From Pavona decussata (taxonomy: Eukaryota), in contig CDRNST010000104.1 in the NCBI GenBank assembly GCA_977016875.1, forward strand, positions 3,224,001 through 3,288,000: 64,000 nt of DNA, read 5' to 3'. The number at the start of each line of letters is the position of its first letter. Position 1 is the first letter of the stretch. The notes below the pieces were generated by a model, which was given only the letters and a program-made list of their open reading frames with translations, ran no database searches and was not told the origin of the DNA. Below are positions 60,481 through 64,000 of this stretch, one piece after another. Both the position numbers and the translations under genes were made by a program.

Positions 60481-63400
60481 CTAATTCCTAACGGATACTT
60501 ATTACGGGTGAAAGCAATAAAGAAACTGAGATTTTCATAAGATAGACGTGTTTCCTTGCTTAGAAAAATAAAGGTGACTAGCTTATGCCTAAAAAAAAAA
60601 AATCAAGTTTACATTGGATAAAGTGACCATTTTCTGTAATTTGACATACGTCGCTTGGAGACCGCAAAGGGTACGTAATCAAGTGAATTTTCAAAGGAAG
60701 CACGAGCCACAATCACACAACCCGTTTCGCCAATTATATCTGATCCAGATACATTACAGTGCATTGATCTTAACTATTTCAAAATTATTGAATCTTATTG
60801 GATACCGCCAGCTATAATCTGATCACTAATAGGACAGTCTACACAGCATGTCGAGGTAACCAGACAGTACGCGCCATCTCTTACGCTGTAATAGGACAGT
60901 TGCACCTATACACATCTTTTGACTGTAGTTGATACTCGAATTTTATGTACAGGATGCATGGTATGGTAACCATGGAAATTTAATACTGTTTAGCAATAGA
61001 TTGTTTTTAGGCCACTTATCATTCAGCATTTCAAAGGCAAACAACACCAGACTGCATTCTCTACTCGCCCGCAGGTTGGTTCTTTGTAATAGTCAAACAA
61101 TATCAAACGGAAACTTCCAAAAGCTCCCTTAATAGACCAATTATCCATTCACTTTCATAGAATCGAGTAAGGAAAAAAGTAAAGGCAAAACGGAAAAGAG
61201 AGAAGAACGTCGTCAGCTTATCCCTCAACCGGGTTATCTGTTTCCAGCCTTTCGACACGTCGGAATTTTCCAGTTCTTAAAAAGGTGAGATTGTTTGAAA
61301 CTTTGTTTCTACGATTTAACATTTGCTTGATAATGCATTCTAGGTGTGAACTGACCTCAAACTATCTATGTTTCAATTAATTAAAGGCCCGGCCATCGGT
61401 TAAAATTCCTCCCAAATAGATGTGTCACTACTTTCTATCTATTAGCAAACAGAGCTTACCAAAATCCAACGCTATCTGAATTTAGGATAAAAAACAAGGA
61501 ACATAAACGCAGTTTTAACTTTGGACGCTCTGCAGGTGAAGCAGTTGTTCTGATAAAAGAATACCTGATGCATTAATACCAAAATGAGACACGAGGAGCA
61601 ATATCCGTTATTGACTCTTAATTTATTTTGAATCCACAGGACTAAGGTTCCGTATTCAAAGCGTATCAAGGAGCACATGGCACGGTTACATCGTTCTCAT
61701 TTTGATACTAGTAGTGGCGAGATGAGGCTCAAGAAGTTGTCGAAAATCCGTTAGGAAGAATTAAATCCTATCTTGCCTGGGCTGTTTTTAGGTGGTGAAC
61801 CTACCTCTTCTTACTCCCAGCCCGGCCTCCAACGCAACTTCAAGACAATAAAAGGTGTACCAGTAAACCTTGGAGAGTAGATTAAGTACGTCCAGAACTG
61901 TTTCCTTTGAGATTCGCAAAATTTCATGGCAATTTCATTTCTTTTGATCATCCCGATCCGCCATTTTTCTCCATTAAAAATGATAAAACTATATCGGTTA
62001 AAACTATATCGAACTGGTAAGGGGAAGCTAGATCCAAATTAAGACAATTGAGAAATTTGAATAAAAAACCTTGCTCCTGGTTTTGCTTGTCTACAATAAT
62101 ATGCTAATGTACTTTAATTTTTTATTTGTGAGTTCAGCGGTTCAAACATTGCTCAAAATGAAAAAGAAACAATGTCTATACGTTTCAATTTTCATTGATT
62201 AACGCGTCTTTTATTTCACAGCATTGGTTGTCTAATTTGATGACTTAGATTTTTATCCTGAAAGACATAACTCGAACGTAGAATGGGTTGTTGGTCATGT
62301 TAATTATAGCTTGGGAGGAAACGTCACACCAGTCTAATTCTAGAACAGAACCAGACATACGGCTCAAGTTGTGGCAAAATGAACCTAATAAACAAGGAGA
62401 GAAACATAGAAAGAAGCATTTGAAAAAAACGCCCCAGATATTGAAGTTAACTAAGATGTGTTGGACGGTTGTTCACCTGCAATGGCTCTATCCATCCCAA
62501 AACATTTTCAGTTGTGCCCGTCGGTAACATGTTTATAATTTGACAAATTTACGACGTACTGCGTGATTTTAGTAAGCTGAGCTCTCCGTTACAATTTATC
62601 TTTATTACTCTCTCTCTTAAGGTAAAATATATTGACTCAATTCCGAGTGCTTCGGTACGGCGTTAGCAGTGAACTGCCAGTTTTTTAGGGCAAAGTTTTT
62701 TAGAAGCGCAATGATTTCCTTTTGATCTGGCACTCTCACGTCTGCTTTGCTACTCGTTCACAACATCACGAATTTCACACGAGATGAGTGTTCCAATGAA
62801 ACCACATTGTCGATATTGAGAATTGCGTTCTCGTTCTCGGAGACCCGGCTGCAAAATTGAGATCCTTCCGATTTGCTTGCACTGCTTCTTTTTTTCCTGG
62901 CCGGACTGTGTCCAGTTTTCGACATTTTTTATGTCCAGTAGTTTTGTGGCGTTGACACTGCAGTCGGCAAGATTCGCTTGACCCTTGGGACAACATTTGT
63001 GACCGCGACCCTTTGATCAATCGGCTTTTAGTGTGCTCACAATCAAGTTAAATCCTTCACTAAATTTTCTGATTTTTGTGGCACTCGGTAGGCATACTCG
63101 ATCAGAGAAACTATAGTTTTTGTCAGTCAGGATTCCCGTCTTTCGAAGTGTATCTGATAACATTGTACCTTTCACATGTTTGTTTACATTTGCTATCGTT
63201 TCCGGTTTGCGCTGATTGGCCAAATTCTGACAGCTAGGACAGCAGGGAGCCGCGGGGAGTATTGGGGGTGGCATTCAAATTCTTGAGACATCGTTGCAAG
63301 CTCTCTCCTCTTTCCCCCTCCCGCCCCCACCCCCAAGAGAGCTTGCTCGCAGGCTATAAATCAGTCAATGATGGCGCACTTAGGGACTTACTGCAAAAAT

Positions 63401-63741
63401 GCGGTAATTATTTATTCTATATATTCTTATTAGCCAAGCACGAGGGGTGTACTGGAATAAGATCGACCCTAGCTCTTGACAAAATGCTTAGGGCGTAACG
63501 TGATCTATACACTCAGAAAAGAACTGTGGTCGATATCCTCCCAGTACGGTCTTGAGTAACCTTAGTTACCAAGAGATTTAATACACGACTTTATTATCGA
63601 ATTAGAGCTTTGGGCATTTTTTAGATACTTTACCTGGTCCGATACTTAAAATCTATATTTGCGTGACAATAAAGTGTGCTTAGTGGCTGATTTCAGTTAT
63701 TGCCCCTATCGGCTGTCTTGGTCCGTAGTAATTAAACTTAC

Positions 63742-63855
63742 CGTCTTTACGTGTTTCCTTATGTTCTTTACTCGACTTCTTTTTCCTCCACTTCACCTTC
63801 TTCACCTTCTCACGTTCGCTGTCACCGGAACTAGCCTCCTCAGCACTATCTGTGT
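63742..63855 (-). CDS. Internal exon of a neighbouring gene extending beyond the window (acidic then Lys-rich)
   Basis: ttAG|ACACAGAT...AAAGACG|GTAAGT, 114 nt, phase 1-1: (D)TDSAEEASSGDSEREKVKKVKWRKKKSSKEHKETRKD. Partner exons not resolved. Confidence 0.5.
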
Positions 63856-64000
63856 CTAATTTATTTTTGTTCAAACATCGGAGAGTAAGAATAATAATAG
63901 TAATAATTAGTTCTGATCCCGAAAACAATCTTCATCTTTCTCTTACAGTGTAATGCGCCTTACAGTGACCACCCAACAAACATTTTTTTACAAGTTAGCC

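Noticed and set aside
62750-63274. Minus-strand ORFs as further exons of the right-hand gene
   Set aside because: Could not assign consistent acceptors or a frame.

Overview
This is AT-rich eukaryotic genomic DNA with GT-AG introns, SINEs/MITEs and one assembly gap (7586-8102). The repeat content looks like a stony coral or related anthozoan (inference from pattern recognition, not a search). By splicing by hand I reconstruct a cluster of about nine genes (A, B, D-J), plus two decayed relics, that fill most of the window. All encode predicted secreted proteins with a signal peptide and, in all but J, basic convertase-type cleavage sites, followed by Gly/Tyr/Trp/Pro- or Cys/Gly-rich low-complexity domains. 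I recognise no enzyme or collagen domain. Highlights: an 11-exon, ~1295-aa polyprotein (A) with about 11 cleavable modules; six two-exon paralogues sharing a phase-1 intron after the Cys block but carrying unrelated C-terminal tails; a hybrid gene (E) made by unequal crossing-over inside the signal-peptide sequence; a conserved D-x-V-x-GSLFLWK-x-N motif; and an ultra-high-sulfur, His-containing protein (J). The locus looks like a lineage-specific structural-protein complex, analogous to keratin-associated-protein or chorion clusters. All functions are inferred.
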